Notes: a model not told the origin generated them from the letters alone. Positions 9,827 through 20,244 are shown, counted from the stretch's first letter. The stretch is 64,000 nt of DNA from Blastocatellia bacterium (GCA_035275065.1 DATENM010000150.1:80620-144619), one strand, 5' to 3'. Numbers and translations: made by a program.

Positions 9827-10362
9827 TCCTCCCTTGGCTTTTTATCTTTGACGTTGTCGCTGGCGGCGACATCAGCGACGGTCATGCCGTTTGTGCCGAA
9901 GCTGGTGTCGAGTTGACCGTCCTCGTTCAGCCGCACCAGCGCCACCTGCTGGCTGCCATTGCTCAACAGCACGTCACCGCCGACGATCAGCTTACCGTCG
10001 GGCGTGCGCGCCAGAGCCTTCCCATAACTGAACAGGCCGCTGATGGCGATCCGCGCTCTGCCGAGATCGCCGAAGCTTTCGTCTCTCGACCCGTCAGCGA
10101 GGCAGCGGGCGACGACGAACTCTGAGATGTTCGAGCCGCTGCGTCCGGCGACGACGATTTTGCCATCCGGCTGAACGAGCACCCCGGCGGCTTCGTCGTC
10201 CAAGCCCTGCACGTCGAGCGTCACGACGCCGCCCGCGCCGAACGTGCCATCAAGACGCCCGGCGAGGCGCTGCGCCGCAGTCGGGGTCGCCGGGACAAGC
10301 GCGAGCGCGCCAAGCATGAAGATCAGGAACAGAGAGGCCCGCCTGTGAAAGGTTTTCATCAT
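9820..10362 (-). CDS. secreted delta-60 repeat domain protein
   Basis: Repeats of D..FG..G......DGKI(V)VAG / LVRLN.DG.LDTSFG. An AAGGAG RBS sits upstream of the ATG at 10362, followed by the signal peptide MMKTFHRRASLFLIFMLGALALVPA. The ORF track start at 10416 is probably too long. Confidence 0.7.
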   Translation of the reverse strand: MMKTFHRRASLFLIFMLGALALVPATPTAAQRLAGRLDGTFGAGGVVTLDVQGLDDEAAGVLVQPDGKIVVAGRSGSNISEFVVARCLADGSRDESFGDLGRARIAISGLFSYGKALARTPDGKLIVGGDVLLSNGSQQVALVRLNEDGQLDTSFGTNGMTVADVAASDNVKDKKPREDC

Positions 10363-10537
10363 GACTCCTTCTTGGTAACCGAGGCGCCAGCGCGTCAACC
10401 TCAGGGGTAGAACCATTCAACGCGAGGCCGCGATCACCACTCAGCCAGCGCGAAAGGCTGGCAGGAAGATCGGGATGAAGCGCCATCAAGCGTAGCACAG
10501 CCGGCGCTCACGGGCCACCGGCTGTGCCGCTATCGTC

Positions 10538-11572
10538 TCAGGGCCGCGCCAGCGGGAAGGGAAAGCGGCGGCGCGGGAACGGCAGGGTGGTCTTCTTCTT
10601 CTGCTCCTGCTTCTGGGCCGGTTCGGGCTCAAGCTGCGGCGGCGACGCGAAGCTGATCTCTTCGCGGAAGGTGGCATAGACCGGCTGGCCGTTCAGCAGC
10701 GCCGGCGAAAACTTGTATTGCCGGAAGGCTTGCATGGCGCGGTCATCAATCAACGAGTCAATCGAGCGGATGACTCGCACATTGGTGACCTTGCCTTCGG
10801 GGGTGATGACGCAGGCGAGCAGCACCGAGCCGTGAACCGCTTGCCCGCTCTCGAATTTTGGCGCGACGCGCTCGACCGCCACCGGCGGCGTGAAGCGGTC
10901 GCCCTCTTTCATCTCGACCGGGCGGCCAAATTCATCTACCGGGTGCGACAACTGCTCAGGCCGGTTGCGCAAATTCGTCAGCGGGACGATCTGTGGCGTC
11001 ACCGACACCAGCAGAGCGCGCTCAATGGGTGCGCTCTGCTGCGCGCCACCGGCGCCGATATAATACTTCACGCCGAACATACCCTTGCCGCCGCGCAGCA
11101 GCACCGTCTCGTAGCTGTCTAGCTCGATGTTCTTGACGTCGAGCAATGGGCGGTTGGCGTAGCGCACACGGACGTCGAGCTTCATTGAGCCGCGAATCAC
11201 TTCGCTCGGCGTAATCGTCAGCGTCATGTACTCTGGGCCGAGCAGCACGGCGTCGTTGAAGGTCTCGGCGGTGCGCAGCCCTACGGTGCGCGCGTGGCGC
11301 ACGGCCAGCTCATCGAGCTTGTGCTTGTCCTTGAGGTAGCCCAGTTCTTCGTCGGCGCTCGAATAGCTGCTGTTGAGCCGGGTGATCTCTTCAAGCGCCG
11401 GCGAGCGCTGCGGGTCGTACTGGAAAACCGCGAAGGTTAGATTAACGCCGTACTCGCCGCGCCCAGCAGCGCGGTTGGTTTGATTGCTGGCCGCGCCGCC
11501 CGATTGCGCGAGCGCCGAGGGCGACAGCACGATGATTGCGATGAAGGTGAAAACAAACCTGCGAACATCCAT
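10538..11572 (-). CDS. TonB C-terminal-domain protein (periplasmic)
   Basis: Has a signal peptide. The TonB_C-like segment is VAPKFESGQAVHGSVLLACVITPEGKVTNVRVIRS...AMQAFRQYKFSPALLNGQPV, followed by a Pro/Lys-rich tail. Confidence 0.65.
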   Translation of the reverse strand: MDVRRFVFTFIAIIVLSPSALAQSGGAASNQTNRAAGRGEYGVNLTFAVFQYDPQRSPALEEITRLNSSYSSADEELGYLKDKHKLDELAVRHARTVGLRTAETFNDAVLLGPEYMTLTITPSEVIRGSMKLDVRVRYANRPLLDVKNIELDSYETVLLRGGKGMFGVKYYIGAGGAQQSAPIERALLVSVTPQIVPLTNLRNRPEQLSHPVDEFGRPVEMKEGDRFTPPVAVERVAPKFESGQAVHGSVLLACVITPEGKVTNVRVIRSIDSLIDDRAMQAFRQYKFSPALLNGQPVYATFREEISFASPPQLEPEPAQKQEQKKKTTLPFPRRRFPFPLARP

Positions 11573-11577
11573 AAATT

Positions 11578-12453
11578 CTATTTTACATCTCCGGGTATGA
11601 CTTCTTGCGCGGCGCGCTCGGCCAGCAGCCGGCGATAAGCTTCGCTCTTGCCCAGGCCGCGGGCGCGCGCCACGCGCTTGAGCGCCGCCTTTTGCTCCAA
11701 GCCTTCGTCGCGCATCAGCGCCGCGACTTCTTCGACAATCGAGCCGGCGGCCTCTTGATTGACGGTCGCCGCCGCGCCTTCGATTAGAGGGCCGACGAGC
11801 AGCACGAGTTCGCCGCGCACCTCTCGTGATTGCATCACGTCGATCATTTCATCGAGCGGGCCGCGCAAAAACTCTTCGTGCAGCTTGGTTAGCTCGCGCG
11901 CCACCACACAATGACGATTGCCGAGCACGGCGCGCGCGTCGGCGAGCGTTGCGTTGATGCGGTGCGGCGCTTCGTAAAAAACGAGCGTCGCCTTGATCTC
12001 GGCCAGTGCGGCGAGCCGCGCTCGGCGTGGCGATGATTTGGCTGGGAGAAAGCCTGCGAAGTAAAACTCGTCGGTCTGAAGCCCTGAGGCCGCCAGCGCC
12101 GCAACGAGTGCCGACGCGCCTGGCACTGGCACCACTTGAACGCCGGCGGCGAGAGCTTCTTGCACGATACGGTAGCCGGGGTCTGAAACCAGCGGCGTGC
12201 CGGCGTCGGAAACCAGCGCGATGCGCTGGCCGGCGGCGAGGCGCGCCACCAGCTCGGCGGCGCGCTGACGCTCGTTGTGCTCGTGATAGCTGATGGTGGG
12301 CGTCGCGATCTGAAAATGCGCCAGCAGCTTGCGCGTGTGGCGCGTGTCTTCGCAGGCGATCAGATCGACTTCGCCGAGCAGCCGCAAGGCGCGCAGGGTG
12401 ATGTCTTCGAGATTGCCTATCGGCGTGGCGATGACGTAGAGCGCACCAGACAT
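11578..12453 (-). CDS. rsmI: 16S rRNA (cytidine1402-2'-O)-methyltransferase
   Basis: LYVIATPIGNLEDITLRALRLLGEVDLIACEDTRHTRKLL is the canonical RsmI N-terminus. Length of 291 aa fits. Confidence 0.9.
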   Translation of the reverse strand: MSGALYVIATPIGNLEDITLRALRLLGEVDLIACEDTRHTRKLLAHFQIATPTISYHEHNERQRAAELVARLAAGQRIALVSDAGTPLVSDPGYRIVQEALAAGVQVVPVPGASALVAALAASGLQTDEFYFAGFLPAKSSPRRARLAALAEIKATLVFYEAPHRINATLADARAVLGNRHCVVARELTKLHEEFLRGPLDEMIDVMQSREVRGELVLLVGPLIEGAAATVNQEAAGSIVEEVAALMRDEGLEQKAALKRVARARGLGKSEAYRRLLAERAAQEVIPGDVK

Positions 12454-12547
12454 CAGATGTATTAGGCGGCGCGGCGGCGGCGGCTGTCAACATGCCGCAG
12501 GCAATCGACCAGGGCCTATTCATTCTCGAATAACCATTGGGGATGAA

Positions 12548-12613
12548 CCGCCAAGACGCCAAGACCGCCAAGAAAAGTTCGGCGTTCTCTTGGCGGTCTT
12601 GGCGTCTTGGCGG
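12548..12613. repeat. 26-bp perfect inverted repeat (hairpin) built from tandem octamer-like units
   Basis: The left arm CCGCCAAGACGCCAAGACCGCCAAGA (12548-12573) and right arm TCTTGGCGGTCTTGGCGTCTTGGCGG (12588-12613) are exact reverse complements with a 14-nt loop. It lies in the divergent rsmI/GT intergenic region. Confidence 0.9.
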
Positions 12614-12724
12614 TTTAAGTCCGGAGAATGAATAGACCCTAGGCAAGCGACAACCGATCTAGGCCGCTTGTTAAGCGCTGTGATAGAATGCGCCGCATTG
12701 GCATCAGGGTCATTCTGAATCATC

Positions 12725-14128
12725 ATGGTTGAATCACATTCGAGCGAAAACCTCGCGCAAAGCCGCGAGGCCGTGTCTGCGTCTGCGTCGCGGCAGGCGC
12801 TGGGCTGGAAGCTCGCCCTGTTGTTGCTCATCGCGCTCGGCGTCCGCCTGGCGCTGGTGCCTGTGCGCCTGAATCGCCCCGACCGGCGCGACTATATCGG
12901 CTCGGCGCAAAAGATCGTGCGCTTCGGGCTGCCGAGTTTCTATGATCCCACGGAAGGCGACCGCGCCAACCGCGAAGCTCCTGTCCCTTACCCGCCGATC
13001 CCCGTCTATTTCTACGCCGTCGCCGGCTATGTCTATCAGACCTTCGATCCGGGCTTCGCCGAGATACGCCGATGGCGCGACGTCCCGGTTGACTCGCTCG
13101 CGCTCAACTACCTGATCGAGATTCCGATCTTCGTGTTCGATCTGCTGCTTGCCGCTCTGCTTTTCTGGTTCGTGCGGCGGCGGCACGGCGACCGGCAAGC
13201 CTGGCTGTGCGCCGGGCTGTACGCCTTCAACCCGGCGGTGCTGCTCGATGGGGCGATGTGGGCACAGCCCGACGCCATTCACTGTTTCTTTCTGGCGCTG
13301 GCCGTCGTCTTTCTGCTGGAGCGCCGGCCCGCGCTCTGTCTGCCGGCGCTCGCCCTGACCTTGCTGGCCAAGCCGCAGCCAGCGGTCATCGTGCCGGTGA
13401 TCCTGCTCATCGCCCTGCTAAATGCGACGATGCGACAGCGGCTGCAATCAATGCTTGCGGCAACGGCGGCGACGGTGATCGTGTTGCTGCCCTTTCTGCT
13501 GACGAGCCCTCATGCCATCGTCAGTATGATCCGCATCGCCACTCACGCGCACCCCTTTGTTTCGCTCAACGCGCATAACCTGTGGTGGCTGGTGACGACA
13601 TTGCAAGGGCTGAACCCCAGGTGGCTGTCTGACCACGCGCCGCTCTTTTATGGTCTGAGCTACTTTGCCGCAGGCTTGCTGATCTTCGCCGGCTTCTACG
13701 TGGTGGTTGTCGCGAAAACGCTGCGCACGCCACTCGCGCGATTGACCGCCGAGCCCTTCGCTTACATCGGCCTGATCTTCTTCGTCTTCGCCGTCCGCAT
13801 GCATGAGAATCATCTGGTCCAGGCGCTGCCGCTGCTGCTGCTGACCGGCCTGACGCTGCGCCATCAGAAAGTCGTCTTCGCTCTGTTGACGCTGGCGGTC
13901 TTTGCCAACCTGCTGCTGCACACCCACGAGATCACCGCCGACGCCACTTCGCCGTTGCTGCAATCGTTGCGCATGACGAACGCCGCGCTGCATCTGGCGA
14001 CGCTGGTTTACTGGAGCCGTCACGCGCTCAAAGGGGGAATAACCGAGCTGCGCGGCGCGCTCCACGCCGGCATTTCGCTTTACCGCCGCGAGCGCGGCGA
14101 TCCTTCGCTGTCCAGGCCGTCTGGCTGA
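12725..14128 (+). CDS. polytopic membrane protein, GT-C-type glycosyltransferase-like (PMT_2/DUF2029-like)
   Basis: 467 aa with more than 9 hydrophobic segments and a loop after TM1 containing D/E and PYPP. The overall layout resembles ArnT/PMT-like enzymes. This is a family-level guess only. Confidence 0.5.
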   Translation: MVESHSSENLAQSREAVSASASRQALGWKLALLLLIALGVRLALVPVRLNRPDRRDYIGSAQKIVRFGLPSFYDPTEGDRANREAPVPYPPIPVYFYAVAGYVYQTFDPGFAEIRRWRDVPVDSLALNYLIEIPIFVFDLLLAALLFWFVRRRHGDRQAWLCAGLYAFNPAVLLDGAMWAQPDAIHCFFLALAVVFLLERRPALCLPALALTLLAKPQPAVIVPVILLIALLNATMRQRLQSMLAATAATVIVLLPFLLTSPHAIVSMIRIATHAHPFVSLNAHNLWWLVTTLQGLNPRWLSDHAPLFYGLSYFAAGLLIFAGFYVVVVAKTLRTPLARLTAEPFAYIGLIFFVFAVRMHENHLVQALPLLLLTGLTLRHQKVVFALLTLAVFANLLLHTHEITADATSPLLQSLRMTNAALHLATLVYWSRHALKGGITELRGALHAGISLYRRERGDPSLSRPSG

Positions 14129-14217
14129 GCCGATCCCGGTTTCACCTTGACAACGTCTGGCAAAAGCATAACCTTGCAGATCAGGCGGATCATCTCTCTC
14201 TCATCAGAGCTGCACCG

Positions 14218-16227
14218 ATGGCAACGACGATTTCACACTACCGGCTCGAAGAAGAACTCGGCGCGGGCGGCATGGGCCGAGTGCATAAAGCCTATGACAC
14301 GACGCTCGACCGCACCGTCGTCTTGAAACTGCTGGCCCCCGACCTGATTGCCGAAGACGAATCGCGCCGCCGCTTTCTACGCGAAGCGCGGCTGGCGTCG
14401 GCGCTCGATCACCCGAACATCTGCACGATCTTCGAGATCGCCGAAGTCGATAATCAGTACTTCATCGCCATGCAGTACGTGCAGGGCAAGACGCTCAAGC
14501 GCGTCATCAATGGCCGCCCGCTCAACCTCGACAGTCTCTTCTCAATCGCCCTGCAAGTCGCTGACGCGCTCGCCGCCGCACACGCCAAAGGCATCGTCCA
14601 CCGCGACATCAAATCATCGAACATCATCGTCACGCCGCGCGGCCAGGCCAAGGTACTCGATTTCGGCTTGGCCAAGCTGCTCTCGGACAAAGAGCGCGCC
14701 GCGCAGAGCGAGACGGAAGAGTTGACGCGCGTCGGCTCACCGCTCGGCACGCCGAATTACATGTCGCCGGAACAGGCGCGCGGCGAGCGTGCCGACCACC
14801 GCAGCGACATCTACTCGTTCGGCGTCGTGCTATACGAGATGGCGACCGGTCGCCTGCCGTTCAAGGGACAGACCAATGTTGACCTGATGCACGCGGTGAT
14901 TCATGACCCGTTCAAGCCGGCCAAAGTGGTTAACGATAAGCTGCCGCCTGATCTATCAAGCATCATCGATCTGGCGCTGGCAAAAAAGCCGGGCGAGCGT
15001 TACCAGACCATGCAGCAGATGCTCGAAGACTTGCAGCGGTTGAGCATCGCCGTGCGCCTGGGCGCGTCGAGCGTTCCCGACGGCATCGTCACGCCCTTTG
15101 TGACGCCGAAGAAGCAGGGCGGGCGCGGCTCGATCAGCGCCTTCGTCAATCGCCTGTTCGGACGCAACCTGCCGGTCGACTCGCACCCGAGCCATGTTTC
15201 GCTGCCGTCGCCGCGCGAGGCCGTCAGCCAGGACTTTTCACTGATGAGCGGGCCGCGCCGGCAACTGGCGGTGCTGCCCTTCCGCAATCTGAGCGGTGAT
15301 GCGCAGGCCGATTTCTATGGCATGTCGCTGGCCGACAGCCTGATTACGGAGCTGGCAAAAGTGAAGACGGTCACGGTGATCCCATCGAGCCGTGTGGCCA
15401 AGTATCAGAACACGGCGGTTGACCCGGCGCAGGTGCGCGCCGAGCTGGGCGCCGACGCCGTGCTGATGGGCAACTTTCTGAAAGCCGGCGAGCGGCTGCG
15501 GGTGACGGCGCAACTGGTGGACGCGGCGAACGGCGGCATCCTCTGGAGCGAGAAGATCGATGCGGATTCGACCGACGCGCTGGCGATTCAGGATCGCATC
15601 TCGCACCGCATCATCGCCGGGGTGTCGGGCGGGCAGACGCCGGTTGACCCGACACAGTTGCTGAAGGACGATAACGAAGCCATCCGCGTTGACGCCGTCC
15701 GTACCTTGAAGTTTTCGCATGACCCGCGGGCGCTCGCGGCGCTGATCGAGGCGCTGCGCGACCAGAGCTTGCAGGTGAAAGCCGAAGCCGTGCAGGCGAT
15801 TGTTGCCCTCGGCGAGCAGGCCGCCGGGCCGGTGATCCGCCTGCTCAACGACGCCATTGACGAGAACGATCACCTGACGGCGCGCTTCGCGGCCAAGGTG
15901 CTGGGCCTGATTGGCGACCGCACGATCTCGCCGGTGCTGGTCGCGCTGTTGCACAGCGACGACAAGTTCGTCGCCTGCGAAGCGGCGCTGGCGCTGGGCC
16001 GGTTGGGCGAGACCCGCGCCGTCGGCGACCTGATCCCCTTGCTTGAAGAGACGAATGGCAATGTGCGATTCGCCACCGCCGAAGCGCTCGGGCAGATTTG
16101 CGACGCGGCGGCTTACGATGCCTTGCAGAAGCGCTTGAACGACGAGGACGAAGGGGTGCGCGCCAAAGCCCGCTGGGCCTTGAGCCGCTTGAAAAAGGCC
16201 GGCGCCCACGCGGCAGCCACCACCTGA
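14218..16227 (+). CDS. Ser/Thr protein kinase with C-terminal HEAT (PBS-lyase type) repeats
   Basis: Kinase motifs are [29 protein letters not shown] and SPEQ. The C-terminus repeats ...AV.ALG..G....V..L...L.D. Confidence 0.9.
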   Translation: MATTISHYRLEEELGAGGMGRVHKAYDTTLDRTVVLKLLAPDLIAEDESRRRFLREARLASALDHPNICTIFEIAEVDNQYFIAMQYVQGKTLKRVINGRPLNLDSLFSIALQVADALAAAHAKGIVHRDIKSSNIIVTPRGQAKVLDFGLAKLLSDKERAAQSETEELTRVGSPLGTPNYMSPEQARGERADHRSDIYSFGVVLYEMATGRLPFKGQTNVDLMHAVIHDPFKPAKVVNDKLPPDLSSIIDLALAKKPGERYQTMQQMLEDLQRLSIAVRLGASSVPDGIVTPFVTPKKQGGRGSISAFVNRLFGRNLPVDSHPSHVSLPSPREAVSQDFSLMSGPRRQLAVLPFRNLSGDAQADFYGMSLADSLITELAKVKTVTVIPSSRVAKYQNTAVDPAQVRAELGADAVLMGNFLKAGERLRVTAQLVDAANGGILWSEKIDADSTDALAIQDRISHRIIAGVSGGQTPVDPTQLLKDDNEAIRVDAVRTLKFSHDPRALAALIEALRDQSLQVKAEAVQAIVALGEQAAGPVIRLLNDAIDENDHLTARFAAKVLGLIGDRTISPVLVALLHSDDKFVACEAALALGRLGETRAVGDLIPLLEETNGNVRFATAEALGQICDAAAYDALQKRLNDEDEGVRAKARWALSRLKKAGAHAAATT

Positions 16228-16234
16228 AATTTTG

Positions 16235-16324
16235 GATTTTAGATTTTGGATTTTGGATTAGGGGAAAGTGGACTTGGGGTGAACGTGTCGCATTCTGCCA
16301 ATCCAAAATCCAAAATCTAAAATC
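16235..16324. repeat. 25-bp perfect inverted repeat (hairpin) built from tandem GATTTTRG units
   Basis: GATTTTAGATTTTGGATTTTGGATT (16235-16259) and AATCCAAAATCCAAAATCTAAAATC (16300-16324) are exact reverse complements with a 40-nt loop. It begins 8 nt after the kinase stop codon. Confidence 0.9.
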
Positions 16325-16382
16325 GCCGGCGCGAAGCGCCAAGCCATGAAAATCTAAGGCGTTGGCAGGAACGATCAAAGCG

Positions 16383-17378
16383 ATGAGCACAGGAGATTCA
16401 AACCGTTACTACCTCGGCCTCGACGTCGGGCGCACGATTCGCGGCGCGATCATCGGCGCCGACGGCGCGATCATCGAGCAGGCGCGCATCGTTTCGGAAG
16501 TCAGCAACCCGCGCGTCTTCATCGATCAGTTGATCGAGGTCATCAATCAACTGCGCGCCGCCGAAGGGGCGGCGAACCAGGCCGCCGCCGCCGGCATCGG
16601 CTGGGCCGGGCTCATCAATCGCAGCACGCAGCGCGTCGAAGCCAACCCCAACCTCGTTGATGTTTCGTCATTCGACATCCACCACGAGCTGGAAGCGGCG
16701 ACGGGGCTGCCGATCATCATCGATAACGACGCCAACATGGCGGCTTACGGCGAGTGGCGGCGGGGCGCGGCGCGCGGCTGCCGGGATGTGTTTTTCATTA
16801 CCATGGGCACGGGCATCGGCGCAGGGCTGATTCTCGACGGCCAGATCCAGCGCGGCAGCCGCGGCTTTGCCGGCGAGTTCGGCCATTTCAAAGTCGTGCT
16901 CGACGGCATCGAGTGCGGCTGCGGCAGCACGGGCTGTCTTGAAACGCTGGCGTCCGGGCCGAACATCGTGCGCCGCGTGCGCGAGCAGTTATTCAGCGAC
17001 CCGACTTATTCGCTGTCGAGCCTGGCGCGCGATATGGAAGGAATGCTCACGGGCGAGCGCGTCGTGCGCGCGGCGATGGAGCAAGACGCGCTGGCGCTCG
17101 GCGTCCTGCGCGAAACGGGCCGCATCCTCGGCGCCGCCATCGCCAGCGTCATCAACTTGCTGAATGTCGAAGTCGTTGTTCTGGGCGGCGGCGTGATGGC
17201 GGCGGGCGAGTTGATCCTTGCGCCAATCCGCGAAGAGGTGCAGCGCAGCGTCGTGCAGCCATGCACGACGGGCTTGCGGATCGTCGCGGCAGAACTGGGC
17301 CAGGACGCCGGCATCATCGGCGCGGCGCTGCTGGCGCGGGATACGTTTGCTGAACGCGCCGGTCGCGCCGGCGGTTGA
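16383..17378 (+). CDS. ROK family sugar kinase (glucokinase-like)
   Basis: YLGLDVGRT, DNDANMAAYGE, GTGIGAGL and the zinc motif GHFKVVLDGIECGCGSTGCLE. The ATG at 16383 is preferred over the TTG at 16362. Confidence 0.85.
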   Translation: MSTGDSNRYYLGLDVGRTIRGAIIGADGAIIEQARIVSEVSNPRVFIDQLIEVINQLRAAEGAANQAAAAGIGWAGLINRSTQRVEANPNLVDVSSFDIHHELEAATGLPIIIDNDANMAAYGEWRRGAARGCRDVFFITMGTGIGAGLILDGQIQRGSRGFAGEFGHFKVVLDGIECGCGSTGCLETLASGPNIVRRVREQLFSDPTYSLSSLARDMEGMLTGERVVRAAMEQDALALGVLRETGRILGAAIASVINLLNVEVVVLGGGVMAAGELILAPIREEVQRSVVQPCTTGLRIVAAELGQDAGIIGAALLARDTFAERAGRAGG

Positions 17379-17395
17379 GCAATCGATTCAGCCCC

Positions 17396-18526
17396 TCACT
17401 TCTTCTGAAAGAGCAACACGTATTCGTGCTTGAAAACATAGAAGCCGCCGGCCAGCGCCCGATAGCGCCATAGCTGCCTCTGGTCGCGCTTGGCCCGCGT
17501 GGCGTCAAAGTTTTTGACGACGATGCTCTTCAAACGGTAGGCGCGCTTCAGCACTTCTTCCATGCAGCGAAAGCCAAGCGGCTGCCACTCGCCGCGCTCG
17601 TACTTGTCGCCGATGATCACCGCCAGATAGCGCCCGTCTTCGAGCAGCGGCGTGGCGTTGTCAATCACCTCGCCGAACATCCGCAAGAACGCCTCGGTCG
17701 TTTGCGCCGCCGATAAATCGTCAGCCCGATCCGAGAAGGCGATGATGTCGTGATACGGCGGGTGCAGGATGACCATCTGCACGCGCTCGACGCCGATACG
17801 GTCGAACGCGCGGCGCAGTTTTACACGCCGCGCGTCACCGCTGAGGACTTCGGTGCGGACGTGGTGCGGATTACTTTCATCGCGGATGCGCCGCCTGGTC
17901 TGGCGAGCGACATCTGTATTCAGCTCAATGCCGATGCCGTTGCGCCCCAGGCGACGGCACTCGATCAGCGTCGTGCCGCTGCCGAGAAAACAGTCCAGCA
18001 CCCAGTCGTTCTGCTTCGTGTAGCGCAGCATCAATTGACGCGGAATCTGCGGGATGAAATTGCCCCAGTAGGCGCTCGTGTGCGCCCCCGCCGTGTCGCG
18101 CCGGGGCTCGACCCAGAGGCTGTCAGTGAGCACCTCGTCATACTCTTTCCAGCGCCGTAGGTTGATGTCGTTGATGGCCGTCGTCTGCCGATCTTCGACG
18201 CCGCGCGCCAGCCGCTTCAAGTAATAGCGCGCCCGCTCCAGGGTGCGCGCCGCCACCACCTGCTCAAGCTCTGCGCTCAGAACGTCGCGCCGCAAGCGCA
18301 CGCCGTCGCCGTTGGCGTTGAACAACTCGTCGTGCCGGTTGTTGTCCTCGATGGCCTGGCGGATCGCCGCCGCTTTCTGCTTGAGCGCCGTGATGCGCCG
18401 CGCCGCGGCGGCTTCGCCGAGCCGCGCGATCAAGTGTGCGGGGTTCAGGTTAATCGTCGTGTGATTGGCCGCGGAGCCATTCACGTCTGCTGCAACGGGT
18501 GAGGGTCGCTTGCGATTCTTGGTCAT
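17396..18526 (-). CDS. SAM-dependent nucleic-acid methyltransferase (orphan)
   Basis: Motif I LDCFLGSGTTLIE is followed about 75 aa later by ILHPPYHD (an (D/N/S/H)PPY-type motif IV). There is an N-terminal coiled-coil-like extension and no neighbouring restriction enzyme. Confidence 0.65.
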   Translation of the reverse strand: MTKNRKRPSPVAADVNGSAANHTTINLNPAHLIARLGEAAAARRITALKQKAAAIRQAIEDNNRHDELFNANGDGVRLRRDVLSAELEQVVAARTLERARYYLKRLARGVEDRQTTAINDINLRRWKEYDEVLTDSLWVEPRRDTAGAHTSAYWGNFIPQIPRQLMLRYTKQNDWVLDCFLGSGTTLIECRRLGRNGIGIELNTDVARQTRRRIRDESNPHHVRTEVLSGDARRVKLRRAFDRIGVERVQMVILHPPYHDIIAFSDRADDLSAAQTTEAFLRMFGEVIDNATPLLEDGRYLAVIIGDKYERGEWQPLGFRCMEEVLKRAYRLKSIVVKNFDATRAKRDQRQLWRYRALAGGFYVFKHEYVLLFQKK

Positions 18527-18546
18527 CCGTCATCGCTCGTCGGGAA

Positions 18547-18999
18547 TCAAGATAGCGGGGGCTTCGCATAAACGTTCGGGTTGTGGCGTTCCATCCAGCG
18601 TTCAGGGGCTTTGACGCTGGTGAACCCGACTTTGCCGTAGAGCGTGTGCGCGTCGCGTGTCGCCAGCATCCAGCGCCGCAAGCCTTGCAAGTCCGGGTGC
18701 GCGACGATCACTTCGACGAGCCACTTCGCCAGGCCCTGGCCCCGATACGCTTCGATGATAAACACATCGGCGAGATAAGCAAAGGTCGCGTAATCGGTGA
18801 CGACGCGCGCAAAGCCGACCTGCCGATCCCGGTGATAGACGCCGAAAGGCAGCGAATGTTCGAGCGATCTTTTGACCACTTCCGCGGGCACACCTGCCGC
18901 CCAGTACGAAGTCGTCAGGAAGTCGTGAATCATCTTGAGGTCGAGCCGCGATGCAGTGGTGCTGATCGTGAACTCGCCGCGCCCGCATTCGTAGCTCAC
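18547..18999 (-). CDS. GNAT family N-acetyltransferase
   Basis: 150 aa with a RGQGLAKWLV (Q/RxxGxG/A) acetyl-CoA motif. Its start overlaps the upstream stop by 4 nt. Confidence 0.85.
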   Translation of the reverse strand: MSYECGRGEFTISTTASRLDLKMIHDFLTTSYWAAGVPAEVVKRSLEHSLPFGVYHRDRQVGFARVVTDYATFAYLADVFIIEAYRGQGLAKWLVEVIVAHPDLQGLRRWMLATRDAHTLYGKVGFTSVKAPERWMERHNPNVYAKPPLS

Positions 19000-19757
19000 G
19001 GGTTGGCCTCCTCCAGGGCTTCGGTCACGGCGGTAACCAGCATCCCTGCGAGCGCGGCGTAAGACGCTTCGCCTTCTTCAGGTGTGGCCTCGGCGGGGCT
19101 GCCGAAGTAAGCTTCGCCGCCGCCCGCTTCGTTGAACGTCCGCGCGCCGTCGCGAATCTTTTCGGCGATTGAAATCGGCACGCGCTCAAGCTGGCGGCGC
19201 ACCGCTTCGCGCACCAGCTCGGCCCGCGCCGCCAGCACCAGCGACGTTTCGTACGAGCCGGCGTGACAGTCGCCGCGCCGAAACTCTTCGGTGAGATGGG
19301 CGGCCCAGCGGCGGCGGCGCTTGTCGGGAAAGGCGACGTCGCGCCCGGTCTCGCGCTTCACCTGGGCGATAGCTTCATGGATCGAAGCGACGTGGTCGGG
19401 CTCAAGGTGCGAGTTGGCGACGGCCACGAGCCGCGCGCCCTGTTTGTAGAGCGACACACAGATGTCGCGAATGAGCGCCGTCGCGGTCTCGTGTCGAATC
19501 GAAATCGTGCCGGCGAAATCGGCGCTGAAATCAGTGACGCTGTAAGCGATGGGCGGCAAGACGAAGGCCGAGATGCCCCGCGCTTGCAGTCGAGCGGCGG
19601 CGCGGCGCGACATCTCTTCCGAGATAATCACGTCGGTCGCCAGCGGCAGGTGCGGCCCGTGCGCTTCGGTCGAGCCGACAGGCAAGATCATCACCGCGCC
19701 CGCGCCGAGCGCTGCTTGAGCTTCTTTCCAGGTCAGGTGGTGAAACGCGCTTTGCAT
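18996..19757 (-). CDS. creatininase (creatinine amidohydrolase) family protein
   Basis: ILPVGSTEAHGPHLPLATD and NSHLE...H motifs. The ATG at 19757 (MQSAFHH) avoids overlap with the upstream gene, whereas the ORF-track start at 19868 overlaps it. Confidence 0.85.
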   Translation of the reverse strand: MQSAFHHLTWKEAQAALGAGAVMILPVGSTEAHGPHLPLATDVIISEEMSRRAAARLQARGISAFVLPPIAYSVTDFSADFAGTISIRHETATALIRDICVSLYKQGARLVAVANSHLEPDHVASIHEAIAQVKRETGRDVAFPDKRRRRWAAHLTEEFRRGDCHAGSYETSLVLAARAELVREAVRRQLERVPISIAEKIRDGARTFNEAGGGEAYFGSPAEATPEEGEASYAALAGMLVTAVTEALEEANP

Positions 19758-19770
19758 ATCGCCGCCGCCC

Positions 19771-20214
19771 TCAATAAGGGCGAGAGTCTTCGCCGATGCC
19801 GTCAACGAACAGGTCAACATGGCCGCACTTGCGGCAGATGTAAACGTCCAGGAATTCATGCGCGCCATTCTTGTACATCTCGCCCAGCTCGCCCAACACG
19901 CTCATCTCCTTGTCGTCGTTCAGGCGGCGCGTGCCGGCGTATTCCAGCTCGCTCTTGCAGCGCGAGCAGAGCAGCGTGCCCGGCGGTTGCGCCGCCGCTT
20001 CGGGCTTCTCCGGCTCTTTCGCCGGCTTAATGACCTTGCCCTTTCGCGACAGGTGATAACCGCGTTTGACCAGCTCGGCGCGGGCGATGGCCAGCGCGTC
20101 GCCGCGGTACTGCTGCGGGTGAATGTTGATCATGTCAACAAGCTCGTCATCCGACAGCGCGGTGAACTGCTCGGCAAGGCGTTCCGGGTCTTTTGGCTCA
20201 CCGATTCGCATCAC
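19771..20214 (-). CDS. hypothetical protein with C-terminal zinc-ribbon (CxxC...CxxC)
   Basis: 147 aa containing CSRCKSELEY...CRKCGHVD. It lies co-directionally between the CoA ligase and creatininase genes. Confidence 0.5.
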   Translation of the reverse strand: MMRIGEPKDPERLAEQFTALSDDELVDMINIHPQQYRGDALAIARAELVKRGYHLSRKGKVIKPAKEPEKPEAAAQPPGTLLCSRCKSELEYAGTRRLNDDKEMSVLGELGEMYKNGAHEFLDVYICRKCGHVDLFVDGIGEDSRPY

Positions 20215-20244
20215 AGGTCACTCAACCGGTCGAACATCATCGGC

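Noticed and set aside
12520-12831. Track ORFs crossing the two perfect hairpins (12520-12831; 16098-16349 and 15845-16390)
   Set aside because: Their translations are dominated by the low-complexity repeat arms (RQDAKTAK, WILDFGFWI, SKIQNLKS). These are artefacts of the palindromes.
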